Source: an uncultured Lachnospiraceae bacterium (lineage in GTDB: Bacteria; Bacillota; Clostridia; Lachnospirales; Lachnospiraceae). Taken from it: a stretch of DNA of 45,557 nt. Made by a program: the position numbers and the translations under genes. Positions 18,190 to 26,362 of this stretch are shown here, piece by piece (position 1 is the stretch's first letter; each line of letters begins with the position of its first letter). The stretch spans positions 1 through 45,557 of the forward strand of contig CATJJD010000217.1 of NCBI GenBank assembly GCA_949740385.1. The letters are read 5' to 3'. The notes below the pieces were generated by a model. It had not been told where the DNA came from. It made no database searches and saw nothing but the letters and a program-made list of their open reading frames with translations.

Positions 18190-20343
18190 TCATCCCTGTT
18201 TCCAGTACAGATCAATGCGGTCTCCGTCCTTAAGCTCCTGCGAAAACTGCGCGTTGTCTCCGTTTACGAGTGTCGCGATCGCCCGCCCCTGCCCTGCGGT
18301 CAGATCAAAGGTGATCCGGTCAAAAATATCCACGAAAATATAGCGCTCCTTTCCCATCAGCTCCACCCGCTCGCCGTTTACCGTCACAAAGCAGCTTCTC
18401 GCCGCCGGCTCCGGCACAGAAACCGGTTCCGGCGCAGCCTCCGGCGGGCTCTCCGGTTCCGGCGCAGCCTCTTCGGCAGGCGCAGGCTCCTCCTGCTTCT
18501 CCTCGTCCGGAACCTCTCTCATCCAGCGTCTCCTTCTCTTCGGCTTCTCCTTCGGGGAAGACGGCGCCGCAGGCTCCTCCTGCTTTTGCCCGGATTCCCC
18601 TGAAGAAAGCACGTTCCAGTCAATGGAGAAATTGTCGTAGACAAGCGTCTCATAGTCCGCCGGCTTGTTATTTACGAAAATTTCCTCCTCCGGGTCGATC
18701 TGCACGTCCATAAGCTCAATGATCTGGCCCACCGTGTAGTAATTTCTCGTCTCGATCACATCGCCTTCCTTAATCTCGTAAGAGGCAGGCTCCAGGCTTC
18801 CGTTGACCTCCACCAGCTTCGGACACACCACGGTCTGTCCGTTGATAATGACGGACATCTCAATGCGGCCGTACTCATCCAGCTGTCCGACGGTGTACAC
18901 CGCCGCCTCCCCCGTGGTGGAAGGCTCAATGACAATCTCGCAGTTGGGCTCAAGCGGCGTGTTGATGTGGGCGGTCTGGCCGTTCATCAGAACGATGGCC
19001 GCCTCCCCCGCCTCCCCGCGGACAATCCGGGCGGAGCCGTTCACCGTAAAATTGATCGGCATCCCCCGCCGCGGGAACAGCATATCGTTCGGGAATCCCG
19101 CCTGCAGCGCGGCGTCCACGATGGTGAGCCGGTTGTTGTCGTAGAGCTTTAAGCGCTCGCCGTTGAACTTCACCATAATAAAGTTGTTCTTCTGCTCATA
19201 GTAGTTTAAGCAGATTCCGATCGGGGTCACAAGCAGCGGGTCCTTGCGGATGTCCTCCTGCTCAAAGATCACCTCCCGCAGCACCTCCTCGCCCCGCAGC
19301 GCCACCCGCTCCTGGGGCAGCTCCAGGTACTCCGACAGGCGCTCGGTAAAGCCGTGGACCTTTCCGCCTCCGCCCACCACAAAGCAGGCGCTCACCGTCT
19401 TATCGCCGTTTAACTCCTTAATCCTGGTGGCCACCTCCAGCGTAATCCGGTCCACAACCGGATCGATCAGCTCCCACAGCTCCTCCACCGGGATGGTGTG
19501 GCTGATGCTCATAATGTCCTCGTAGGTGATCTCCTCCTCCGTCGTGGAGGCGACCTTCATCGCCTCCGCCATCCGAAAGTCCACCAGGTAATGCTGCACG
19601 ATAATCTCCGTCAGTTCGTCCCCCGCACAGGAGATCATGCCGTAGGCGATAATGCTGCCGTCCCTTGTGATGCATATATCGGAGGTGCCGGCCCCCACAT
19701 CCACCAGCGCGATGTTCAGCATACGGAAATGCTCCGGGATCGCCACGTTGATGGCGGCAATCGGCTCCAGCGTCATATTTGCCACGGCAAGCCCCGCCTG
19801 CCCTACAGCCGCGTACAGCCCGTCCACCACGTCCTCCGGCAGAAACGTCACGATAATGTCCTCGCCGATCTTGTTCGCCTTGTGGCTCTCCAGATTGATG
19901 AAAATCTCGTCGTTCAGATAATATTTCACAACCGAGTAGCCGACACAGTAGAACTTGTAGTTGGTGTCGTTCTTCTCCTTAAGCTCCGCCTGGGCCGTCT
20001 CCACCCCCAGCAGATTTAAGGTGTGTATGTCCTCGCCGGTCACCACCGTCTCCTCCGCGTACTCATACTCCACATGGGTCGTCACGGTCTTAAGCACACG
20101 GCCCGCGGCCGCGATACACACTTCCGTGAGCGGCATACCGATCTGTGACTCCAGCTCCGCCTTCACCTCGCTTATTGTGCGGGCAACGCGGCCGATGTCG
20201 TGAATCTGCCCGTCCAGCATCGCGCGCGTCTCATGCTGCCGGACATGCTGCGCCACGACGATAAACTCGCCGTCCTGCGTGCAGTACCCAACCGTCCCCA
20301 CCACATTGCGGGTTCCAATATCCAAACCAAATACGTTACTCAT
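18190..20343 (-). CDS. FtsA-like actin-fold ATPase with a long C-terminal extension of probable beta-grasp (ThiS/MoaD-like) units
   Basis: GLDIGT, TLEPIAA, LVDVGAGTSD and VGGGG motifs; the tail repeats VNG...(L/I)KxGDxI and has a Pro/Glu-rich linker. Confidence 0.85.
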   Translation of the reverse strand: MSNVFGLDIGTRNVVGTVGYCTQDGEFIVVAQHVRQHETRAMLDGQIHDIGRVARTISEVKAELESQIGMPLTEVCIAAAGRVLKTVTTHVEYEYAEETVVTGEDIHTLNLLGVETAQAELKEKNDTNYKFYCVGYSVVKYYLNDEIFINLESHKANKIGEDIIVTFLPEDVVDGLYAAVGQAGLAVANMTLEPIAAINVAIPEHFRMLNIALVDVGAGTSDICITRDGSIIAYGMISCAGDELTEIIVQHYLVDFRMAEAMKVASTTEEEITYEDIMSISHTIPVEELWELIDPVVDRITLEVATRIKELNGDKTVSACFVVGGGGKVHGFTERLSEYLELPQERVALRGEEVLREVIFEQEDIRKDPLLVTPIGICLNYYEQKNNFIMVKFNGERLKLYDNNRLTIVDAALQAGFPNDMLFPRRGMPINFTVNGSARIVRGEAGEAAIVLMNGQTAHINTPLEPNCEIVIEPSTTGEAAVYTVGQLDEYGRIEMSVIINGQTVVCPKLVEVNGSLEPASYEIKEGDVIETRNYYTVGQIIELMDVQIDPEEEIFVNNKPADYETLVYDNFSIDWNVLSSGESGQKQEEPAAPSSPKEKPKRRRRWMREVPDEEKQEEPAPAEEAAPEPESPPEAAPEPVSVPEPAARSCFVTVNGERVELMGKERYIFVDIFDRITFDLTAGQGRAIATLVNGDNAQFSQELKDGDRIDLYWKQG

Positions 20344-20956
20344 CTGACACTCTCCTCAAAGCTGATTCCAGCTGCTCTCTCGTCTGCTCCCACGCGCCGT
20401 CATTGTCAATGACCGTCTTACAGGCCCTGCGGTACTCTGACTCCTGCAGCTGGCTGGCAAAAATCTGATCAATTCTGTCGTCCGTATAACCCCTCGACGC
20501 TTTCAGCCGCCCACGGCGAACCTCCTCACTCGTATAAATATACCAGAGTTCGTCACAAATTGCACCATAGTTTTCTTCAATTAACAGCGCCGCCTCAAAA
20601 AAAAGATGCGATACCCCGGACTGTCCGCGCAAAAGCGCCGCCTGCTCTCTGACATATTCCCGCACGGCCGGATGCACGACGGCGTTTAAGCGCGCCCTCT
20701 TTTCGCTGTCGGAAAAAATCATGCGGGCAAGCTTTCCCCTGTCAAAGGGCCGTCCCTTCCCGTCTCCCTCCCCGAAAAAGAGATCCTCCACGGCAAACTC
20801 CCGGCATATGCCAGAATACACCGGAGTGCCCGGCTCCATAAGCGCATGAGCGATCTCGTCTGCAAGCATCACCCGGATTCCTCTCTGCTCCTTAAGATAC
20901 CCAAGGATCTCGGACTTTCCGGCGCCCACGCCCCCCGTAATTCCAATGAAACGCAT
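20336..20956 (-). CDS. coaE: Dephospho-CoA kinase
   Basis: GITGGVGAGKS P-loop, LNAVVHP and VIDNDG. True start MRFIG at 20956 (AGAGGAGGAG RBS); follows polA. Confidence 0.92.
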   Translation of the reverse strand: MRFIGITGGVGAGKSEILGYLKEQRGIRVMLADEIAHALMEPGTPVYSGICREFAVEDLFFGEGDGKGRPFDRGKLARMIFSDSEKRARLNAVVHPAVREYVREQAALLRGQSGVSHLFFEAALLIEENYGAICDELWYIYTSEEVRRGRLKASRGYTDDRIDQIFASQLQESEYRRACKTVIDNDGAWEQTREQLESALRRVSDE

Positions 20957-20972
20957 CCGTCTCCTCCTCTTT

Positions 20973-23663
20973 CTAGTGTGCGTCGTACCAGTTGTAGCCG
21001 CAGGCCGTACCAACCGCAAGCTCCACGTCAAGGCTGGCCGCTCCCCGCATCTCCTCCTCCAAAAGAGCCTGCACCGCGTCCCGCTCGGACTCCTCTGTCT
21101 CAATCAGAAGCTCGTCGTGCACCTGCAGAATCAGCCTTGAGCGAAAGCCCTCCTGGATCAGTCTGTCGTGCACCCGCACCATCGCCACCTTAATAATATC
21201 CGCCGCCGTCCCCTGCAGCGGGGCATTCATCGCCACCCGCTCCCCGAACTGCTTCTGCATAAAATTTTTGGACGTAAGCTCCGGAATCGGGCGGATTCTT
21301 CCGGACAGCGTTCTCGTATAGCCCTTCTCCTTTGCGTCCGTTACCGTCTTTTCCAGAAAGGCGTGGATGCTCGGGTAAGTCTCAAAATAGCGGTCGATAT
21401 ACGACTGTGCCTCGGTCCTTCCGATGCCGAGATCCTGCGCAAGCCCAAACGCGCTGATGCCGTAGACGATACCGAAATTCACCGCCTTTGCGCTGCGCCG
21501 CTGCAGATCCGTCACCTCATCAAAGGGCGTGTGGAACACGAGAGAGGCGGTACTTCTGTGAATATCCTGATTTTCCGCGAAGGCCTGCAGCAGATTCTTA
21601 TCCCCCGACATGTGGGCCAGCAGCCTCAGCTCAATCTGGGAGTAGTCGGAGTCGATAAACAGACAGCCCTCCTTCGGGTAAAATACCTTGCGGATCAGCT
21701 TTCCCAGCTCAATGCGGATCGGAATATTCTGCAGATTCGGCTCCGTGCTGCTGAGCCGGCCAGTGGCGGTGATCGTCTGGTTGAAGGTGGTGTGAATCCT
21801 TCCGTCCGCCTCCACGTCGTTCACCAGGCCGTCCGCGTAGGTGGATTTCAGCTTGGAAAGCTGCCGGTACTCCAGAATGTCCGACACAATGGGGTATTCC
21901 GGCGCAAGACGGTCCAGCACCTCAGCCGAAGTGGAAAAGCCCGTCTTCGTCTTCTTTCCGTTCGGAAGCCCCAGCTTCTCAAACAGGATGACGCCCAGCT
22001 GCTTCGGGGAATTGATGTTGAACTCCTCCCCCGCCTGATCGTAAATCTTCTGTGCCAGAGCCGCGATGGACACCGACAGCTCCCCGCCGTAGCGCTTAAG
22101 CTCTTTTGTGTTCAGGCAGATGCCCGCCCGCTCCATATCCGAGAGCACAAAGACCAGGGGCATCTCCACCTCCGAAAACAGCTGCAGCATCCCCGTATTC
22201 TCAAGCTGCTCCCTGAGCACCGGCCAGCTCTTAAAGGCCGTCCAGGTCTCGTAGCAGGCCGCCGCAAGCGCCTCCTTCTCCCCTTCCGCACCTGCCAGCG
22301 CCTGCGCAATGGTCTGCTTTCCGAGCAGATCGGCGCGGGACGGAACCATAATTCTCAGGAAATTCTTCGCCACGTCCTCGTAAGGGTAGGAGCCGGTGAG
22401 AGGATTCAAGAGGTACGCCGCCACAGTCCGGTCAAAAAAGCGCCCCCTCTGCTTCTCGTAGCGCTCCCAGCCCATCGCCTTTGCGTCGCTCTCCCCAAAG
22501 GGCAGATATTTCAGCGCCTGCTTCAGCTCAGGCGCAATGAGAAGGCGGTCCTCCTCAGAGAGAAGCCGTCCGGTCAGATAGCCGCAGGTCAGCTCAGGCC
22601 CCACCGGCATCAGATAGCTGTCCTCCTCGGAGAAGGTGACCGCAAGAGCCGCAAAGGGAGCGCCCTTCTCCCCTTCCGCGAAATAAAACGAAAGCGGCTT
22701 ATGACCGGCCCTCTCCCACACCTCCTCCGCCTCGCTTCTGCTTCTCACAATGCGAAAATGTGCGCAGACGTCGGTCTCTGGCACATCCGTCTGAAACCGC
22801 GGCAGCAGATTCTTAAATTCCAGCCGCTTACACAACAGATACGCCTCCTCGGTGTAGAGCGCCTGTGCGCCGGAGATGGCCGCCTCCGCAAAATCGTACT
22901 CCAGCGGCACGTCGGTTATGATTGTGGCAAGCTCCTTGCTCATCACCGCCTGATCCCAGAACTCCACAATGTTTTTGGAGGCCCGGGGCGGCCGCACCTC
23001 GGGCGCGTGCCCGTGCACTTCCTCAATGCTTCCGTACTTTGCGATGAGCGCCGTGGCCGTCTTCTCACCGATGCCCGGCACCCCAGGAATATTGTCCGAG
23101 GCGTCGCCCATCAGCGCCTTCACGTCGATAAACGCCCGGGGCGACACCTGGTAGCGGGCCCGCACGTCGTCGGCGTAGTAGTCCTCGATCTCCGTCCCGG
23201 TCTTCTTCGTTTTCGGAATGCGGATTTTCACATGGTCGGTGGCAAGCTGTAAAAGATCCCGGTCGCCCGACACAACCGACACCTCAAGGCCCGCCTGCTC
23301 CCCCATGACGGAGAGCGTCCCAAGCACATCGTCCGCCTCGTAGCCCTCCATCTCCAGGATGCGCACCCCCATGGCGCTTAACATCTCCTTCATGAGCGGC
23401 ACCTGCTGGCGCAGCGAATCGTCCATCGGCCCTCTCGTCCCCTTGTACGCCCCGTACATTTTATGGCGGAAGGTGGGCGCGTGCACGTCAAATGCCACGG
23501 TCAGATAATCCGGCCGCTCCTCCTCGATTTTTTTAAAGAGGATGTTTAAAAAGCCGTACACCGCGTTGGTGTGCACCCCCTCGGAGTTCGTCAGGTCGGG
23601 CAGCCCGAAAAACGCCCGGTTCAATATACTGTGTCCGTCGATCAGCACCAGTTTTTTGCTCAT
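20973..23663 (-). CDS. polA: DNA polymerase I
   Basis: 5'-3' exonuclease motifs (IDGHS, EADD, GDASDNIPGVPGIG) and polymerase motifs (TGRLSS, DYSQIELR, KAVNFGIVYG, QVHDEL). Confidence 0.98.
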   Translation of the reverse strand: MSKKLVLIDGHSILNRAFFGLPDLTNSEGVHTNAVYGFLNILFKKIEEERPDYLTVAFDVHAPTFRHKMYGAYKGTRGPMDDSLRQQVPLMKEMLSAMGVRILEMEGYEADDVLGTLSVMGEQAGLEVSVVSGDRDLLQLATDHVKIRIPKTKKTGTEIEDYYADDVRARYQVSPRAFIDVKALMGDASDNIPGVPGIGEKTATALIAKYGSIEEVHGHAPEVRPPRASKNIVEFWDQAVMSKELATIITDVPLEYDFAEAAISGAQALYTEEAYLLCKRLEFKNLLPRFQTDVPETDVCAHFRIVRSRSEAEEVWERAGHKPLSFYFAEGEKGAPFAALAVTFSEEDSYLMPVGPELTCGYLTGRLLSEEDRLLIAPELKQALKYLPFGESDAKAMGWERYEKQRGRFFDRTVAAYLLNPLTGSYPYEDVAKNFLRIMVPSRADLLGKQTIAQALAGAEGEKEALAAACYETWTAFKSWPVLREQLENTGMLQLFSEVEMPLVFVLSDMERAGICLNTKELKRYGGELSVSIAALAQKIYDQAGEEFNINSPKQLGVILFEKLGLPNGKKTKTGFSTSAEVLDRLAPEYPIVSDILEYRQLSKLKSTYADGLVNDVEADGRIHTTFNQTITATGRLSSTEPNLQNIPIRIELGKLIRKVFYPKEGCLFIDSDYSQIELRLLAHMSGDKNLLQAFAENQDIHRSTASLVFHTPFDEVTDLQRRSAKAVNFGIVYGISAFGLAQDLGIGRTEAQSYIDRYFETYPSIHAFLEKTVTDAKEKGYTRTLSGRIRPIPELTSKNFMQKQFGERVAMNAPLQGTAADIIKVAMVRVHDRLIQEGFRSRLILQVHDELLIETEESERDAVQALLEEEMRGAASLDVELAVGTACGYNWYDAH

Positions 23664-23700
23664 GATTTCTTCTCTTTCCTATTTATAATATATAATATAT

Positions 23701-25485
23701 TTATACCGCCCGCGTGGCCTCTTTGAGCCAGCGCCGCTCCTCCTCGCCAAGAAGCGGCCCCACCGTCTCAAAAACCGCGGCGTGGTATGTATTCAGCCGC
23801 CCGCGCTCTGTGGCCGTCAGCTGCTCCGCATCGACTGCGTCCAGATCAAACGGCACGTAAGTGATATTCTCAAAAAACAGAAACTGCCCGTACTCGTTCT
23901 TCTCCCCCTCACGGCAGACAAGCTCGTTCTCCAGGCGGATGCCGTACTGTCCCTCGATGTAGATGCCCGGCTCGTCCGTCGTAATCATCCCCGGCTCAAT
24001 GGTGTGCTCCTCGGATCTTCCCGGCGTCTGCTTCCAGCGGAAGGAGTTCGGCCCCTCGTGGACATTCAGCACATAGCCCACGCCGTGGCCCGTGCCGTGC
24101 TTATAGTCAAGCCCTGCCTCCCACAGCGGTTCCCTTGCTATGATGTCCAGATTCATGCCGTTGCAGCCCTTCAGAAAACGCACGTTCGAAAGGTTCAGGT
24201 TGGAGCGCAGCACTCTCGTGTAGTTGGCCCGCATCTCCTCTGTGATGTCTCCCAGGGCGAAGGTGCGCGTGATGTCCGTCGTCCCTTCCAGATAGTGCCC
24301 GCCGGAGTCCACCAGAAGCAGACCGGACGGCGCAAGAGGCACGTCCGACTCCGGCGTAGCCGCGTAGTGGACGATGGCGCCGTGGGCCCCGTAGCCGCAG
24401 ATCGTCTCAAAGCTCAAGTCCAGGAAGCCCTCCTGCTCCTTACGCAGCTGATACAGATATTCCGTCACCGAGAGCTCCGTCATCAAAACCGAGCCGATGT
24501 TCTTCTTCAGCCAATACATAAAGCGGCACATGGCCACAGCGTCCTTTACGTGGGCTCTTTTTGTGTTTGCAAGCTCCGTCTCGTTTTTTACCGCCTTCAT
24601 CAGCTCTTCCGGATTTTTGTCCGCCACAACAGCAACCGCATCTCCTATGCTGCTTCGTATCCGGTAGTTGACGATCGCCTCGTCAATGAGCACCTTTCCT
24701 CCGGACAGACTCCCTGCAAAATCGTAGAAGCTCTCATACGGCCGCACCTCAATGCCGTTCTCCTTCATATATGAAAGAATTCCGTCGTCGGCTGCCTTCT
24801 CCTGCACGAACCAGATGCACGCATCCTTCGAGACGGCCAGGTACGAAAGCACCACCGGCACATAGCTGATGTCGTTTCCCCGCACGTTCAAAAGCCAGGC
24901 AATGTCGTAGAGGGATGTGAGCAGATGCCAGTCCGCCCCTGTCTCCGCCATGGCCGCACGCACGTCTGAGAGCTTGTCCTTCGTGCTCTTTCCCGTGTAG
25001 CAAAGGTCCAGCAGGCGGACCGGCTCTGCGGAGAGCGCCGGACGGTCCGTCCAGATCAGGCCGATCAGATCCTCGTCCACCGAAAGCGCGCCGCCCTTTT
25101 TATCCGCAATCGCGCAAAGCTTCTTCCCCCAGCCGGCGTTCACCACGCGGCCGTCAAAGCCGATGGTTTCGCCGTCCTTAAGAATGCGCTCCACGTACTC
25201 GTCGACCGTGGGAACGCCCTCCTCGCCCATCTTATAGAGGGTGACACAGTCCTCAAGCTGAGCCGCAGCCTGCACGAAATATCTTCCGTCCGTCCACAGC
25301 CCCGCCTCCGTCATGGTCACAACCGCCGTCCCCGCAGACCCGGTAAAGCCCGTGATAAAGGCCCGCGCCTTAAAATACTCTCCCACATACTCGGACTCGT
25401 GAAAATCCGCCGTCGGAACAATGTAAACTGCTATGCCGCGCTTTGCCATCTCCCGGCGCAGCGCCGCCAGTCTCTCTGCTATCAT
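23701..25485 (-). CDS. Xaa-Pro aminopeptidase P family (M24B)
   Basis: GFTGSAG, DGRYF, GTTDITRT, HGTGHGVG, VHEGP and EPG...GIRLEN motifs. Start set at MIAERL (AAAGGAG RBS). Confidence 0.92.
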   Translation of the reverse strand: MIAERLAALRREMAKRGIAVYIVPTADFHESEYVGEYFKARAFITGFTGSAGTAVVTMTEAGLWTDGRYFVQAAAQLEDCVTLYKMGEEGVPTVDEYVERILKDGETIGFDGRVVNAGWGKKLCAIADKKGGALSVDEDLIGLIWTDRPALSAEPVRLLDLCYTGKSTKDKLSDVRAAMAETGADWHLLTSLYDIAWLLNVRGNDISYVPVVLSYLAVSKDACIWFVQEKAADDGILSYMKENGIEVRPYESFYDFAGSLSGGKVLIDEAIVNYRIRSSIGDAVAVVADKNPEELMKAVKNETELANTKRAHVKDAVAMCRFMYWLKKNIGSVLMTELSVTEYLYQLRKEQEGFLDLSFETICGYGAHGAIVHYAATPESDVPLAPSGLLLVDSGGHYLEGTTDITRTFALGDITEEMRANYTRVLRSNLNLSNVRFLKGCNGMNLDIIAREPLWEAGLDYKHGTGHGVGYVLNVHEGPNSFRWKQTPGRSEEHTIEPGMITTDEPGIYIEGQYGIRLENELVCREGEKNEYGQFLFFENITYVPFDLDAVDAEQLTATERGRLNTYHAAVFETVGPLLGEEERRWLKEATRAV

Positions 25486-25542
25486 GTCCGTCTCTCCTTT
25501 TTCCATACAATATCGACCATATTCCACGGGCTCACGCCGCCC

Positions 25543-26013
25543 TTACAGCGCCTCTTCGGCTCCCCTGGCTTCGAAAAACTTCGTGTCCAGCTCCGGGTAG
25601 GAGCGCTTCAGTGAAATCGGCTTGCCGGAGCGGGTCAGAAAGCAGTGACTGCTCCTTCCCGTAGTGCGAAGCTCTCCCGTCTCCCGGTCGGTCATGACGT
25701 ACTCCACCTCCATCTTAATGCCGTTGTACCTGACCAGCTTCGTCTGGATCACCACAACCTCGTCAAAATGCACCATACTGTGATACTCGACGGAGATTGA
25801 GAGAACGGGGCTTATGATCTCCATCGTCTCCATCTCCTTATAGTTGAGACCGATCTGATCCATGAGATCCATGCGCGCCTCCTCCATCCACTTTACATAG
25901 TTGCTGTGATGGATGATGCCCATCTGGTCCGTCTCGTAATATTTCGCCCGATGCTCGTAGGGGCGCAGCCGAAGCGCCTTCGCCGGCCCTGAAACTTCAA
26001 TTTCCTGCTTCAT
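25543..26013 (-). CDS. Acyl-CoA thioesterase (YbgC/4HBT hot-dog fold)
   Basis: YYETDQMGIIHHSNYVKWMEEAR motif. Confidence 0.9.
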   Translation of the reverse strand: MKQEIEVSGPAKALRLRPYEHRAKYYETDQMGIIHHSNYVKWMEEARMDLMDQIGLNYKEMETMEIISPVLSISVEYHSMVHFDEVVVIQTKLVRYNGIKMEVEYVMTDRETGELRTTGRSSHCFLTRSGKPISLKRSYPELDTKFFEARGAEEAL

Positions 26014-26114
26014 TTCCTGTCATCTCCTTACTGTCTGCTTCGCAGATAAAAATCAATAACTATATTATATATGAATGTCCGCAGAAATTCAATTCCTGTA
26101 TTCGATTCCCCGCA

Positions 26115-26228
26115 CTACTCTCCGCAGACAGCCTCCATCATTTCCATATAATCGCCCTCGTCCGCAAACAGCATATACTGACCGTCCACATATCCCATAT
26201 ACCCACTCTCTACCGGATAACCTTTCAT
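26115..26228 (-). CDS. Small hypothetical protein, 37 aa (MKGYPVESGYMGYVDGQYMLFADEGDYMEMMEAVCGE)
   Basis: Below the ORF-track cutoff. Strong RBS AAAGGAGA at 26235-26242, protein-like composition, fills the intergenic gap. Confidence 0.7.
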   Translation of the reverse strand: MKGYPVESGYMGYVDGQYMLFADEGDYMEMMEAVCGE

Positions 26229-26313
26229 ATTATGTCTCCTTTGCTGATTTTTTCTGTAAGCCTTCAACTGGAGACATTATCGCACATTATGTGAGTAATA
26301 AATGGGACAGATA

Positions 26314-26344
26314 GAGGGCTGTCACGAAAAAAATGACAGCCCTC
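26314..26344. terminator. Hairpin / probable terminator after the Na/Pi cotransporter
   Basis: Perfect 11-bp stem GAGGGCTGTCA / TGACAGCCCTC; the U-tract is weak. Confidence 0.55.
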
Positions 26345-26362
26345 CGCTATGTGCGCTATTTT

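Noticed and set aside
21168-23252. 694-aa + strand ORF
   Set aside because: Antisense shadow of polA caused by GC-rich codon bias; no motifs.
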